DNA of 64,000 nucleotides from Entomortierella parvispora E1425 (Eukaryota > Fungi > Mortierellomycota), in assembly GCA_020891255.1 (NCBI GenBank), contig BQFW01000007.1, forward strand, positions 1,612,001-1,676,000. Direction: 5' to 3'. Under the pieces are notes generated by a model. That model saw only the letters and a program-made list of their open reading frames with translations, was not told where the DNA came from and ran no database searches. Position numbers and translations under genes: made by a program. This document shows, piece by piece, positions 50,174 to 62,969 of the stretch (its first letter is position 1; each line of letters opens with the position of its first letter).

Positions 50174-51065
50174 ATGAGCGATGATACTTTGCTCGGACCA
50201 CGGTCATCGAGTAAAAGCAAATCAGTGACAGACCTCAACTTTAAAATATCATGTCTAATCGTCTATGCTCTTTTTGGTGTAGTGCCCTTCCTTCGAGGAT
50301 ACTTTTCGCCAGAAGCAATACCACCAGGCCTTGATTCAGTCCGCCTGCCATTCAACATGGCAATGCTCAAGGAAGGTAAGGCCCTTTGTCAACCATTCTT
50401 CTCCTGTTATCGTAAATGGATTGTTTTTCATCATTAACTGACATACTTGGCTGCGCCAGTGCCGCTGACCCTGTGCACGGCCAGTGCATCAACTAGTGCG
50501 CGCCTGCCACACATTCGAGAGAGAAGCACTGCTGGAGTATCGCCGTCAAATCGCGCGGTTGTGAATCCTGGAGGAGATCGCGTCCACAGCGCTCTCTGCT
50601 GTTCTCTTGCATAACCCCGAACTCGCCAAACAAGAGGACCCTACCAAGAAGAAGTACACATTCCCTACCATCCCTGAGCCTGAGCCTGAGCCTGAGCCCG
50701 AGTTCAAAACTAAACATGGATCCAGTGATGAAAGCGTGGTGGATCTAATTGATCCTTCTTCCTCGAGCACCTCGTCATCAAACGAAAGGGAGGTTCAAAG
50801 AGAGACCACCGTTGAGGATAAATAGTTGGAAAAGGACCATATCTCTTCGCAGGCAGTCAACACTACATTGTCTCCCGGCCCGTCCTCTGTTGTCTCTCCT
50901 CCAGAAACAGACCAAAGCCCGTTGACGAAGGGCGCGACGTTTGCATTGCTAGAAGAACTACAGAGCTTGAAAGCCATGCAGGAGGAGTCGAATCGACGTC
51001 AAGATGATCTGCAGAGCCAATTGGAGCAGGTGCTGACCTTTCTTCGTCAACAAAGAGAGAACTGA
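50174..51065 (+). pseudogene. Probable disrupted orphan gene (coiled-coil C-terminus)
   Basis: A protein-like frame (…HQLVRACHTFEREALLEYRRQIARL*ILEEIAS…EDK*LEKDH…LEQVLTFLRQQREN) is interrupted by in-frame TGA (50562) and TAG (50823). An upstream exon at 50174-50374 ends at GTAAG. Confidence 0.5.
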
Positions 51066-51244
51066 TCTGCAGATACGCCCTTTTTTTAATTCATCATTTT
51101 TATGAATAAATCGGCGCCCACGGTCCAAAGATTGAAGCGTAAAAATACTTGAGAGTAAAATCAACGAGTAGGGGGGACAAGATTGAGCGAACACGAGTTT
51201 TTATTTTCGTAAGAGTGAATGTAAGGTGTGTCAGGGTATTTTGG

Positions 51245-51246
<2 letters not shown>

Positions 51247-51324
<78 letters not shown>
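51247..51324. repeat. (GA)39 microsatellite
   Basis: Perfect dinucleotide run. Confidence 0.97.
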
Positions 51325-51328
<4 letters not shown>

Positions 51329-51741
51329 GAGGGAGAGACGATTATCTTTTGAGAAAGTAGGAAAGAAAAAAAAAAAGGGTGCGCTAGGAATTGGATGGCT
51401 GCAGGATTGACAGGGAGAGAGAGGGGAAAAAAAAGGGCGGCAGGGGGTTATTAAAGACTAAGGGGCTAAAGATAAAAAGAGAAAGAAAAAAAAAGTAGAA
51501 AATAGGATATAAGATAATAAGGGTGCGCACAATGGCTTCGGGAGGATGAAGAAGAGTGAAAATATTGGAGAAAGAAGAAGAAGAGGAGGAGGAAGGCGAT
51601 TGAATCGTTACTCTCAGTTTCATTTTACATGCGGGGGAATCACAAGGAAACAAAACAAAAAAAAAAAAATTAGAAAAGAACAATATGAAAACAAAACAAA
51701 AGAGAGCACAGTGCAGCGCACGGCCTCATTTCTCTCAGACA

Positions 51742-53663
51742 CTACGATGCATTGTTGGCAAGAAGAGCCTTGACAGACTTTGGCGTGCTGGGGTCGTTCA
51801 TGTGCTTGGTATTGTACTTGAGAGCCGAGATCAAGTTGGGTGTATCGTTTGCGTTTCCATGAGAGTGAATAGCTTTGATCGATGCCTTGATGTTGATAGG
51901 TGAGCTCTTTGTGAACGCGCCTTGAGGGTCGATATGGTCATAGATGATGATGGAGATCACCATTACTCTTAAACAAAAAGCCGTCGTCTCGGGTCGCTGC
52001 GGTCCCACTTGCTTCTTCTTGTTGTTGCTGCCAGAGTTTGTCGCCGTGTTGCTGCACACACTCGCCAATGTCGCCAAACATTCTGATACGCTCCTACCAA
52101 CTCCATGTCTCGCCACAAACTGGGTGGTCACCTCTGTGACCGTCTTCAACATGGGTGTAGGGTAGGCGTAGAACATCGAGACCTGGTTCGCCAATTCGTC
52201 CTCGTTCATGGCAGACTTCAGGTCGACTTCATTCGCAAGCTTGCCTCGGGAGAGACACCGCCGGTAGTACGAAAAGTCGTTTTGGATCTGAGGTGTCTTC
52301 ATCTTGAGTGAATCAAACTCAAAGACAAAGTCGAGCAGCTGGCATAGGATGCGGGTAAGGGTCTGATGCCGCTCCAAGTTTTTGTTGACATCACCAATGC
52401 ACAGTGTCTGAAGAATCTGGGGCAGGCAGTTTTCTAACATTAGGAGGTTGAGAAGGAGGGATGGGAGGAGGTTAGGGTTTTAGTGGCAACACACCAGCTT
52501 TGCTCTGTTACTGCTTATCCTTACCAATAGAGGTCGAGTACTTGTAAAACATCTTGAGTTTGGCCACAGCGGGGCGAACGTGGTTCCATGCCTCAGCTTC
52601 TGTTTCTGGGGAGGGAGATCCAATGGCCTATCCGAAAAGAAAAAAAATCAAGGAAGTCAGTCTCTAGTCTCCGGGGCCAACTCTAGAAGGGGGTGGGTGC
52701 TGGATGGCTGTTGCTGGTCAGATCCGAGATGTTGATCCCGTCACACGGTGCATCCCTTAATGCAATTTATATTTTCACAGCTCAAAGCGCAAGGGAGAAG
52801 TCGTATGACAAAACGGTCGAGTGTTGTGTGGTGAGATGCATCCTTGTCTTTGTTGCGGTTGGTGCGGCAGATCAGCAGGTTCTTCTTGCCCCCCCCAAGC
52901 TGTCTGTAGTGGAGAGCAAACAGTTGTGCAACGGATCATTGCGCATCTGTCCTGGGATTGTTTTTTCATGCATCTTTTTTCAAGGTCATTGTTGATTGTT
53001 GATTGTTGATTGCTGATTGTTGATTGTTGTTGTTGCTTTCGGTTTCGTCTCTCCTGCAACGTTCCTTCGATTGCAGGCTATCCCCGCAAAGCGCAATCAT
53101 GCAGAGATGGGGAGCTCTGTTGACAGACACTTGGGTCCATCTCCCTTTGTCGTCTCCTCATCCTCACGCTCTTTCCTGCTGCTGAGGTCAGGGCAAAAAG
53201 AAGGGGTTCGGTACGGCCATGACCTGTCCTCGGAGTGACTCTCTCCCCTTCTTCATGCTCCGGCAGGTGTTCAACTCCTGTCCATATCCTTGCAGTTGTT
53301 TCCTCTGGCCCACATGCCGTGGCAACGCTCAATGATTTCATCCTACCTGACGGATATAATCCCCGCAGCCCTCGTAGGTTCGCAAAAGTTCCAGTAGATC
53401 GGCCGTGGGCTCGAGCATGTGCAGAACGTGTGAATATGAGGCCGTGTCATCGTCTGTCAATTGTGAGTCTATTATTTTAACAGAATCAATAAAAGGAAAG
53501 GCGATGGTGAATACGATGAACACAAAGGAGAGGCCAGGGCCAAATAGACGCGCACTAGTTTTCAATAGTCCAACTTACTCTCGAAATCGAGCTGAACATC
53601 CGGGACATTGGAGTCGCCGTCCCGGTTGACGAGAACATTAAACTGTGAAAGAAAGTTGCCCAT
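51742..53663 (-). CDS. CYRI: CYRI/FAM49 (DUF1394), CYFIP-related Rac1 interactor
   Basis: Exons: 53663-~53579 (MGNFLSQF...VQLDFE), 53468-53347 (…LRTYEGCGDYIRQ), 52627-~52525 (AIGSPS.E.EAEAWNHV.P.V.KLKMFY.YS) and 52440-51742 (IQNDFSYYRR, LANQVSMFYAYPTPM, LRVMV..IIIYDHIDPQGAF.K.SPI, L.ALKYNTKHMND). Confidence 0.93.
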
Positions 53664-54476
53664 TCCAGATATATATGAGTCAGAGCTTGAAGGCTGGCGG
53701 GAGGAGAGGGGGGATTACAGGATTACAGGACGAGGGTTGAAGAGACGGTCAAGAAAAGGAGCTGGGACCGAAGCAGTGGATAGAATAGACAATTGGCTGT
53801 GAAGAGAAGAGGGAGACGGGGGACAGCGGTCAGGTCAGTTTGAGTGTTTGAAGGTCGTTGTTTAAAAGGAAAACACCGAGGAAAAGAAGGGCAGCGAGGC
53901 GTGGACTGTGCTGGCACACGGTCTCTCAGGGGTTTCGAGAGAGGACAAGGAGTGGGAAGGACGGAGAATAGGGCGTTGTTGGTCTACAAGCAAGGAGAAG
54001 CGAGCGGCCTGGTCTTTTTCAGCAGGACGAGTTTGCAAGAGGGGAGCCGATGGAGGTCATGGTGGGGTGGGAAATGGAGCGTAGGCCGTGAGGGAACGTG
54101 GAGAAGGAGTCAAAGGGAAAAAGAGGCGAGATTCAGTCTCGAGAACTGTGCTCCAAAACGGGTTTCCCTAGGCCCGTTTTGGACTGGGAGGGAACGGGTG
54201 CAGATGAGCAGAGCGAAGGCAGACAAGCAGAAAAAAGGACGTTCATGGGTGGATCCATGGCACAGAAGGAAGCATGTGTCTTAATGAGCCGCTGTTCCTT
54301 TCTCTTCACGTTCACGGGCAGAGGTGAGTTTTATGTCAGCCCTTGTGTGTGGACGGAGACGGAAGGATGGCCAGGACCCGGTGGGCAAGGAACTGGCGCA
54401 AGAGGGAATCAAAAAGGGAAGCAAGAGCGGGTCCTTTTTTTTCTTTTCTTTTTCAGTCAGGAGAGAGGTTGGGAGC

Positions 54477-54483
54477 AAGAGAG

Positions 54484-54514
<31 letters not shown>

Positions 54515-54552
54515 GAGAGACAGAGAGAGAGAAAAGAGAGAGAGAGAGAGGA
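54477..54552. repeat. Imperfect (AG)n / purine-rich microsatellite
   Basis: AG dinucleotide runs interrupted by AC/AA, within a long purine-rich intergenic tract. Confidence 0.85.
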
Positions 54553-56515
54553 GAGGGTAAGGGAGAGGAGAAGGAGCGATAGAAGTCGAGAGCATTGGAT
54601 GATGGAGAGAGGTAGCCAAGACAGAGAGAGGGAGAGAGGGAGAGAGGGAGATAGATAGAGAGGAACGGAGGTTGACGCAGGGACAAAGCGGTCGTCTGTC
54701 TGCAGATGAGGTGATGGCCAAGGGTATGCACACATTCACATTCACATTTATATTCACACTCACTCACTCACTCTGGATGACGGGGATGACGGAAAGGACG
54801 GGGAATGGACCAAGGAAAAGGAAAGGAAAGGAAAGGAGTGAGATGAGGAGGGAAGATGGCACTGAGCTGGATCCAGCAAAATGAAGATGGAGAGATGAAG
54901 AAGAAGAAGAAGAGCGAGGGAAGGAGTGAAAGTGAAGAACCCAAGAAGGGAAGGAAGGAAAAAAAAAAAAAAAAAAAAAAGAGAAAATAACAACAACACA
55001 TTGAGAGCACAAAGCGACCTGGCTTGCAGATGGCTGACAGCACGGCAGACCGAGCGAAAGCGTCGATGTTCTCCTCCATGCAGGTTCTTGGGCCAGCCAT
55101 CCGCTGGCAATGGCTGGCCTCCTGGTCATCGCTGGACAACCAGACGCACACAACAGTTATTTTTTTTTTCTTTTTTCTTTTTGCTCTCATTCTCATTTAT
55201 TCTGTGCGACCATCTGTCGTTTTTGTTGTCAGCCTGCTTTTCCTTTTTCCTTGTTCTTTTTCTTCAGGGACAGGGCTTGTTTCGTTTGGAGAGCAAACGT
55301 TTGCTCAATTTGCTTCTCCTCACTTCCCTTTCGCCTCCTCGGACAATTCGCCTTCTCGGCGATCAAAGAGCAAAAAAGAACAACAAACACTTGATCGTCA
55401 ATTGTCCCCTGGACGCCTGATTGATCTGGAACATCTGGAACAAGTGGAACAGGTGCCAGGAAGGAAGGAAGGGCCCCACTTGACCTGGAACAAGCCGTCG
55501 TCACTCTTTCAGTCCCCGGCATGCTGGCTGCTGCTGCTGCCCAGTGAACAAAAGAAGACCATTTCTGCGTTTCGACCGACCGAACGCGCTTTAGAAAAGT
55601 TCAAAACAAACACAGGGCTAGGTTGGAAATGGGACGAATGGAAGAAACGAATAGATTTACCCTCCCCCCTCCCCCTCCCCCTCCCCCTTTGACTTCTTCA
55701 CAATACAACTTGGTGACACCTCTCCTTTGTGTTCATCCGCATCTTAATGAACTTTGCCGTAATGCAATTAGCGTGGTTTGTCACGGTATGCGATGCCAGG
55801 CCGATAAAACATAAAACAAATAACTTCACATTTCTCGTCCTCTCCTCTCTTTCGGCAATTGGTTTGTTACCTGGGCTCCCTTCCAGACGATCCCTTGCGT
55901 GAATGCTTCCTAGAATCAAGCAACAACAACAGTCATCGCTTGATTGCTCGTCTTCATGTTTGTATTCATTTCCTGTTCGTCTTCTTGGAACAATCATCTA
56001 TTACGATAAAAATGAATCTTGCAGTGTTGAACTCTTCAAGGGTCACTCTCACTTGCCCACGAGGTCCAACACCGAGCAAAAGCTTCGACTCTGCCTATCT
56101 TGAGGAGAGTCGGGGAGCCAGAGGATCCTTTGAAGGCCACACTATTTCCAATTCAAGATAGACACCGTTCCGGCGCTGCAGCATCATCACGCGGCCTTGA
56201 CCCCACGGGGTATGGTATCTCATGAGCGGTCAATGACCAATGAACGTCCACACGCGCACTTCCACAAGATCCACTTTCTGTGATCCTTCCTTCAGCTCCA
56301 TAGTCGACATCTACCTTTACGCCACCAATTTTGAGTGTGACTGCTAATTATCCTCCACACACCACACGCGTTTTGACATTTCAAACAACAGGCACGCATG
56401 CATTGCGCCATCAGTCTCTCCCTCACTTCCTTCTCTCTCTCTCTCTCTCTCTCTATCCATTGCCCTCTCTCTCTGTTCTCTATCTTCCGTTCTCTGGCAG
56501 CGATCCCTACGTGCC

Positions 56516-59500
56516 ATGCTCGAGACTGCATCTCTGCGCTCGAGACATCCCGCAAAGCCATCCCTCAAGACCTATGGAAGCAGGAACAGGCGGGTCAATG
56601 CAGCATCATCACCCAATTCGTCATCCGACCAGAAGCCTGTCAGGAAGTTCGATTGGGATAGGATCGATCAGGAGCGCAAGGCGCGGATAGCAGAAGCGCG
56701 CGCAAGGGCAACTCGCGCACAGGAAATACGGCCTGCGGTTTTGCCAGACTCTTACTTTGCGGATGCGGATTTGGAGGCTCAACTCTATTCTGATCCTGGG
56801 AATAATGACAGCGTGAATCTGAGTGGGCCACGCTCCTCAGACAGGGCCTGTACGATAGCTGAGATTGTCCCTTCCACGCAGGGGTCGGACTCAGAGCCAA
56901 GTCAGAACAATGATCTGCTTCAGGACCAACCAAAACCCACTCTTGGTTCGTCTGCTGGACCTGGCGCACATCATGGACTGGCCATGACAATCCCATCCAC
57001 ACAGGATTCAGACTCGGAGAAGGAGTTGGATCGGACTCCTCTCAAGGGGCGCGTTTTTGCCTCTTCAGACACCAGAGCTCTGACTCGACCTGGCCCACAG
57101 GATTCAATTGCATCGCCCCGACGAAGAGTTACTGAGCGTGCCTCGACTGCCTATAGGAATAGTCCAAGAAAACTTAGAGCGACCTCCCAGGAAAAAGTCT
57201 TTTCAGAAATCAACGAAGACGACGACATGGAGGATGACTCGGGCTCTGCTCACGACGACGAGGTTTTATTTCGCACGCCGTCATTTGACATTCTCCAACG
57301 ATTGAAGCAACTGCCCAGACCTCAATTTCCTGCACCACAGGCAAACTTGTTTGCATTGGATCCCATTCCCAGCATCTCTAAGGCGCCGATACCCGAAAAA
57401 TCAGACACCTTGCGCCTTGTGAACAACAATGATATCAAGCTCAAAGTCAACCACAGCGTTCTCGTCAAGAGCAGAACAGGAAACTACGATCATAGCGGCA
57501 GAAACCAAAGAGATACCATGGAGAATCCGTTCTTGGATGACCACAATGATTCACCCATCATTCATGCTGCCTCACGGACCTCTCTTTTGGAAAAAAGAAG
57601 ACAACTTATGGAAATGCAGCGACATCGAAGTGTTCATCATCTGGGGTCCAAGCCTTCATCTGCTGCATCGGTTGCGTTGGAAACACCGCCCATAGACAGG
57701 CGGCATAGGACAGGATCAGCGCAGACAAACAAAACGCCTTTGGATTCTGGGCAGCACATGGTTGCCCACTACAGTCGAACCACAACTCCAGAGCGCGATG
57801 AGCAGCATAGTGATCCCGATCATGATAGCGGCGTTGAGCAAGCACTTGGGAAGCGGATATCGACAATTCAGATTACTCCAAAGCGAGAGCAAGCCAAGTT
57901 GCAAAGAACTTCGCTCTTTGGTTCTGCCTTGCGTATGGCGCGATCGTCAACGGCAGGCAGTGATAGCCAAGTCTTACATCCGTTGCCACTATTCCTGAAC
58001 CGAAATGTACCCGGCGATAGTCCTGTCAACCCTCCTAATCGACAGAGTCCGACTTCGTCGTCAGTGCCAGTGATCAAGAGCTTCAGAGAAAGGTACCAAA
58101 ACCTTTCTCCTGTCACAGATACTCTCAGGAAGACTCCCCAACATGGCCCACCTGCAACTATATCTCCCATTCTGGAACAGACTCAAAAGGAGAGTCAAAG
58201 ACAGCAGAGCGCTGAACTGCATGGACCAACATGTCGCCAAAATAAGGAGTCCATCTTACCGCAGAGCACTCCTAAATTACAGGAGATCGAAAAGCAACAG
58301 TCAGCCATCAGTACTTTGGAATCTGTGCAAAAAGCTGATCAAAGGCCATTGCGAAATACAAGGTCTTTAAGGAGGCCCCCATCTGCTCCACTCGGACACC
58401 AAAAATCGACTTTTAAGCCCTCCGTTCAGGAGCTGATATCATTCTGCGAACAAGATTTCTTTAATCAGTTTCGAGGCGACCTATCATCTCATGGACCTAC
58501 CCACAAGGGTGATAAGGGATGTGGCATCTTGGATTTTGAGTCATTTCTGCCAAGGGACATGTCTTGTACTCTTACAAAAATCGGCGAAGCATCGTACTCG
58601 GAAGTCTACACGGTCGATTTGCCGACCACTTTACAGAAATTGTCCGACAGCTTGCCTCAATTCAAATCCCATCGACTGAACGCATACTTGGCCGAGGCTG
58701 CAGAGGATAATTTGGCTCCTCAATCCAAGGACATGGGTTCTAAGCCAAAACTGGTCATGAAAGTCCTGCCGTTTGTCGAGAATCAACCCTCTAAATCAAC
58801 TGCTGGACGCCAGGCAAAGAATCGACAGGCTGATGACTCATCCTTGTTGGCTTTGGAAGATATTTATCGAGAGACCATGGTCTCTACACAGATGATCCGT
58901 GGATGGAAGGGCTTTATCGGGAGTTTTGGGTAAGTTCACATCAAAGTAACCCTAATGAATTGCAGGTAAAAAAGGGATGAAGCGTCTGACTTGCAATGTC
59001 CTTTAAACTGTAGGGCGCTTGTTGTACGAGGGGAATACCCAAAGACGTTTTTGTCGGCCTGGGATCACTTTAAAAGGGAAAACGGCACAGAAAGTTATAG
59101 ACCAGGTATATTGAAGGGAGTTTGACGTACACGCAAGAGTCTCGGGATACGGTTACCCTAACAACTCCATATACACAATAGACACATACACAAAGGATCA
59201 GCTATACTGCATCATTCTGCTTCCTTATGGAGGCATTGACCTGGAGCACTGCCCCATTAATAATTGGTGTCAAGCCTGGAGTGTCTTGGCGCAGATCGCG
59301 GCATCATTAGAATCAAAGGAGCAAGCACCATACTGGTTCGAACATAGGGATCTGCATTGGGGCAATATCCTTGTTAAAGGCACCCAACAGAGCCAGATCG
59401 GCTTTGCACGGAGAGACGACGAATCAAACGCATCTGACGGGGATGAGAGCTGCGACTGGCGACACATCCCAACCTTTGGGATCTTAGTGCAGATGATTGA

Positions 59501-60156
59501 CTTTACTTTGGCCAGGATGCAAGGAGGTAAAACACACTTTTCTACCACCTTCTTGCACTGCCTCTGACCATATTTCACCGTAGAGTCAACACAGAGCCTT
59601 AACCAATCTCCTATCGACCTTTTGTAACTAGAGAGCGGAAAGCTGATCTACATGGATCTTGAAAAGGACCAGGATATTTTTCGAGGCCAGAACGACTACC
59701 AATTCGAGATTTATCGCAAAATGCGAAAGCAAGTTGCCCGGGACTGGGCTGCATCATGCCCTCGTACAAATCTCTTTGTAAGTCTATCTTTTATGAGGTT
59801 TTATGAGGGGCGTTTTTTATCACGACGTACTGCAATAGCTGGTGGACTCACCCTCTTGACTGTTTCTCGATCATCCGCAACAGTGGCTCCATTACCTAGC
59901 AGATAAGCTGCTCACAGAAAAGGGGTTAGATCGACCTCGCCAATCCAGCACTATATCGAAGCGCAAAATCGGCAGCAAGGATAGCACAGCGGGGACCAAG
60001 ACAGGCAGCACTATAGCCATCGAGGACATGACGGAGGTGTGGTGCTATGAGCGAGTGCAGGCTGTATCCCAGATGAATATTGACCGGCACCATGCAGTCA
60101 GTGACGAGGTGACGCCGTCGGGCTATGTGTTGGATATGATGCTGCAGGCCGACTAG
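56516..60156 (+). CDS. Haspin-family Ser/Thr kinase (histone H3T3 kinase; Alk1/Hrk1-like) with a long disordered N-terminus
   Basis: Motifs: KIGEASYSEVY, LVMKVLPF, LLPYGGIDLEH, FEHRDLHWGNILV, IDFTLAR, FRGQNDYQFEIYRKMR, CPRTNLF|WLHYLADKLL. There are four GT-AG introns. Confidence 0.95.
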
Positions 60157-60332
60157 GCGGATCATCCCTGGACCATTGTCTTCAATTGCCGCCAGCAGCA
60201 CAAGTTTTATCATTGGGCTGTGCAAGGAGTGTGTCAACAAGAAGTTGACGCCGCTTTTGCCGCTTTGATCATCATGAGCGCTCAACACATGTCCATCTTC
60301 CTTTGGCCTTCCCATGACGAGGCAATTCCGGA

Positions 60333-62797
60333 ATGTCATTGTCATCACTTCCACTGGAATGTCTCCAGTACATCCTCAGGATCTTACAGCAGCAAGAGGG
60401 TCGGACCTCCCTGTCACGGCTGCTCTGCGTAAACAGCTATTTTTCTACCACGCGACTTTGCCTTACCTTTATGATGGGGTCTTTCACCTCGATACTTACC
60501 GCTCCGCTCGTACATGCCTCCGCGCTGTAAAAATCGTCCGGACATTGCTCTCTCAACTGCCACCAGTGGATGTCAGCAACCTTCTCAGAGCAACCTATGG
60601 TCTTCTTCCACAACGACCCGAGATAAACGAGACACGACCCCCGACACTTCCGTTGCAGAGCACAGGATGATTGGCGATCTAGACAGGAAGGGCACACGGG
60701 TTCAGGGGACCAACTACATCTCGCTTATCCACTTCTTCGACCTGGAATTCGCCGTGTACGTCCCAATCTATAGCTTCCGAAAACTCGTTACTCGCTAGAC
60801 AGAATACCCCTCACTGTCGGGCCGAGTATGTGTTCAGATCGAAGACAGGGCAAGTTGCTGATGGTCTTGGGGATGGCTGTCATGACGAGAAGCTCCATTT
60901 TCCTCCAGAGCTGATGACAAGATATTGGCCGATTTCGGTTGCGCTATGGAGCTTTTTCTGCCGCGCTGCGCCGAGACCTTACCTGGACCCTTTGCTCTCC
61001 CGTGTTTGAAAACATCCAGAGCCTGACCATCCCACTCTCGGACATTGATCGATATTTTGATGCAGTGGATCGATTTCAGTCCCTCATTATCGTCACCTTC
61101 CTGCCAGACGACCTTTTGGAAGTCCCGCCACGTGTGCTTCGCGGATTTGAACAGTTGCACGAGGAAAGTCAACGCAAGAGGGCCCAGCAATACCGAACCA
61201 TGATTGCATTTGTTCAGAGGCATGTTCAGCTCTTTCCGAATCTGCTCCAGGATGCGAGCTGTCCCATAAATAACGGCTGGCCCGCAGTGCAAAAAATCCC
61301 TTCGGAGATTGATGTCGAGCTGAAGAGCGAACTGCCGCCATTGATCAAGCCGACTGTCATTGACTGTAGCAACAGTTTCCGACTTTGGCGCAACATCAAG
61401 TCTACCGATCTAGGCCTCGTGGAGAGTGTGAGCTTGCAAGGAACATTCGGTCGGATGGAACTTGAGAAACTGTTAGAAGTGGAGCCCTCATTTCTACAAC
61501 GTTGTCGACGCTTAAAGTCACTGTCTCTATCATCCTGAACTGCACCAGTGGGCCTTGAAAGAAAAACAAGCTTGGGATCGGCAGAGCTCTGCTGAAGCAA
61601 CTGGCCATGTTGGAAGCCAAGACATACCTGAACAAGGACAAGCACTATCAGACCTTATTCCAGTTCAGTCAGTCTTCCTTAGCACTGAGGGCATATTCAG
61701 GAACGAGCTGGATGATATCTTGACATCGTTTGGTACAACTCTGTCTGAATTTTACGTGTACGCTAGAATGTCGGGAAGCGATTCTGGACAGGAAATGCAC
61801 ATCGGACGAGGCTGGGAGTTGCCAGAGATGAAACGATTCACTATTGAGGTTGCAACACATTCATCTAAAGTTGGATCCTTGCTTATTTTCTTCTGGGTTT
61901 GGCCAGAAATTGCAGCGGATTGAGCTTGTGGATAAGTCTGGATTCTACCACCCTGGCGAGATCGAGAGCTATATGCCTGCATTCAAGACTCTGCCCGATT
62001 TGACAGACATTGAACTTAAGGCTGGCCTGCATTGTCGCTTCACCCCCATCTAAAAAGTCTCCGGCTTGGCCTGTTTGAATATCAGGCTCAAACGTTCATT
62101 CCGCCAGTAGAGGAACTGGAAGCCTCGTTTCAAGACCAAGGAGCGATGCTTGTGCGACCTCTCTGGACATGGAACTCGCAGCTTCCACACCTACAATAGT
62201 TGAAACTTATATCTGAATTTGCATTCCGATTTCAGTTCCGGATGCTCGAGGGTTGTCCCTCATTGGAACATCTCTCCCTCATTGGAACATCTCTCCCTCA
62301 ACATCTGTACGGATGAGCAATTGCATGAACGGCGACTGAAGATTGAGGAATTTCGGCGTCGCCCCAACCTCAAAGAACAGGACGAGTCCGACGGTGGAAG
62401 TGCCGATCATTTTACTGTGGCACCTTTAGTTCGCAGTCTGCACCTGTTCGGTCAGTGGGTGATGGAGGATGAGATCCTAGAGGTGATCTATGGTATTACT
62501 TTTCCTGGAGTGGCCTTCTTGATTGAGCACTAAGTCAAGGGCTACTCTCTTGCCCACTGGCTGAGAACCCTCCTTCAGTCATCCACCCTCAAAGAGGCTT
62601 CTTGCGGACTGGATTCGCATCCGCCGTCCGAAGAATCAGTGTTGCGGAACCTTGGCCTGGTGGCTGTCCAAGGGCTGTCCCATAACACCATCAATGGAGA
62701 ACGAGTAGAGCTCCGGAAAGAGATTGTGTTCTCGATTGGTTATGGCCACTGGTCTTTTGCGGAGGATATGGAGAAGGCGGAAGAGGAGGAAGAATAA
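60333..62797 (+). pseudogene. Degenerate F-box/LRR-like gene of a lineage-expanded family
   Basis: Starts LSSLPLECLQYIL (F-box-like). Coherent fragments follow in different frames (ATLPYLYD; NYISLIHFFDL; LRRDLTWTLCSP..ENIQSLTIPLSDI.RY; FLQRCRRL..L.L; W.LP.M..F.I; CP.LEHL.L), separated by multiple frameshifts and stops. Confidence 0.8.
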
Positions 62798-62969
62798 CTG
62801 TGGAATGTTGATGACCCATGTGCGAGGAAGGAGACAAGCCCATGAACAATAAATTCAAACATGGCTTCATTTTTGATGGTTTTTTTTATTTTTTTTACGT
62901 ATTAGGATGGGAAGAGTGGAGATTTCAATGGTCCTAGACTTTTTATTGTTTTAAAAACAAATAAGTCTC

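Noticed and set aside
51247-51324. Regular repeat arrays considered as CRISPR-like or telomeric
   Set aside because: They are simple microsatellites with no repeat-spacer structure and no cas genes, in a eukaryotic context.
53723-55692. Many 60-220-aa ORFs rich in ER/RE, LS and F/K runs
   Set aside because: They are translations of AG microsatellites and poly-A/T tracts in intergenic DNA.
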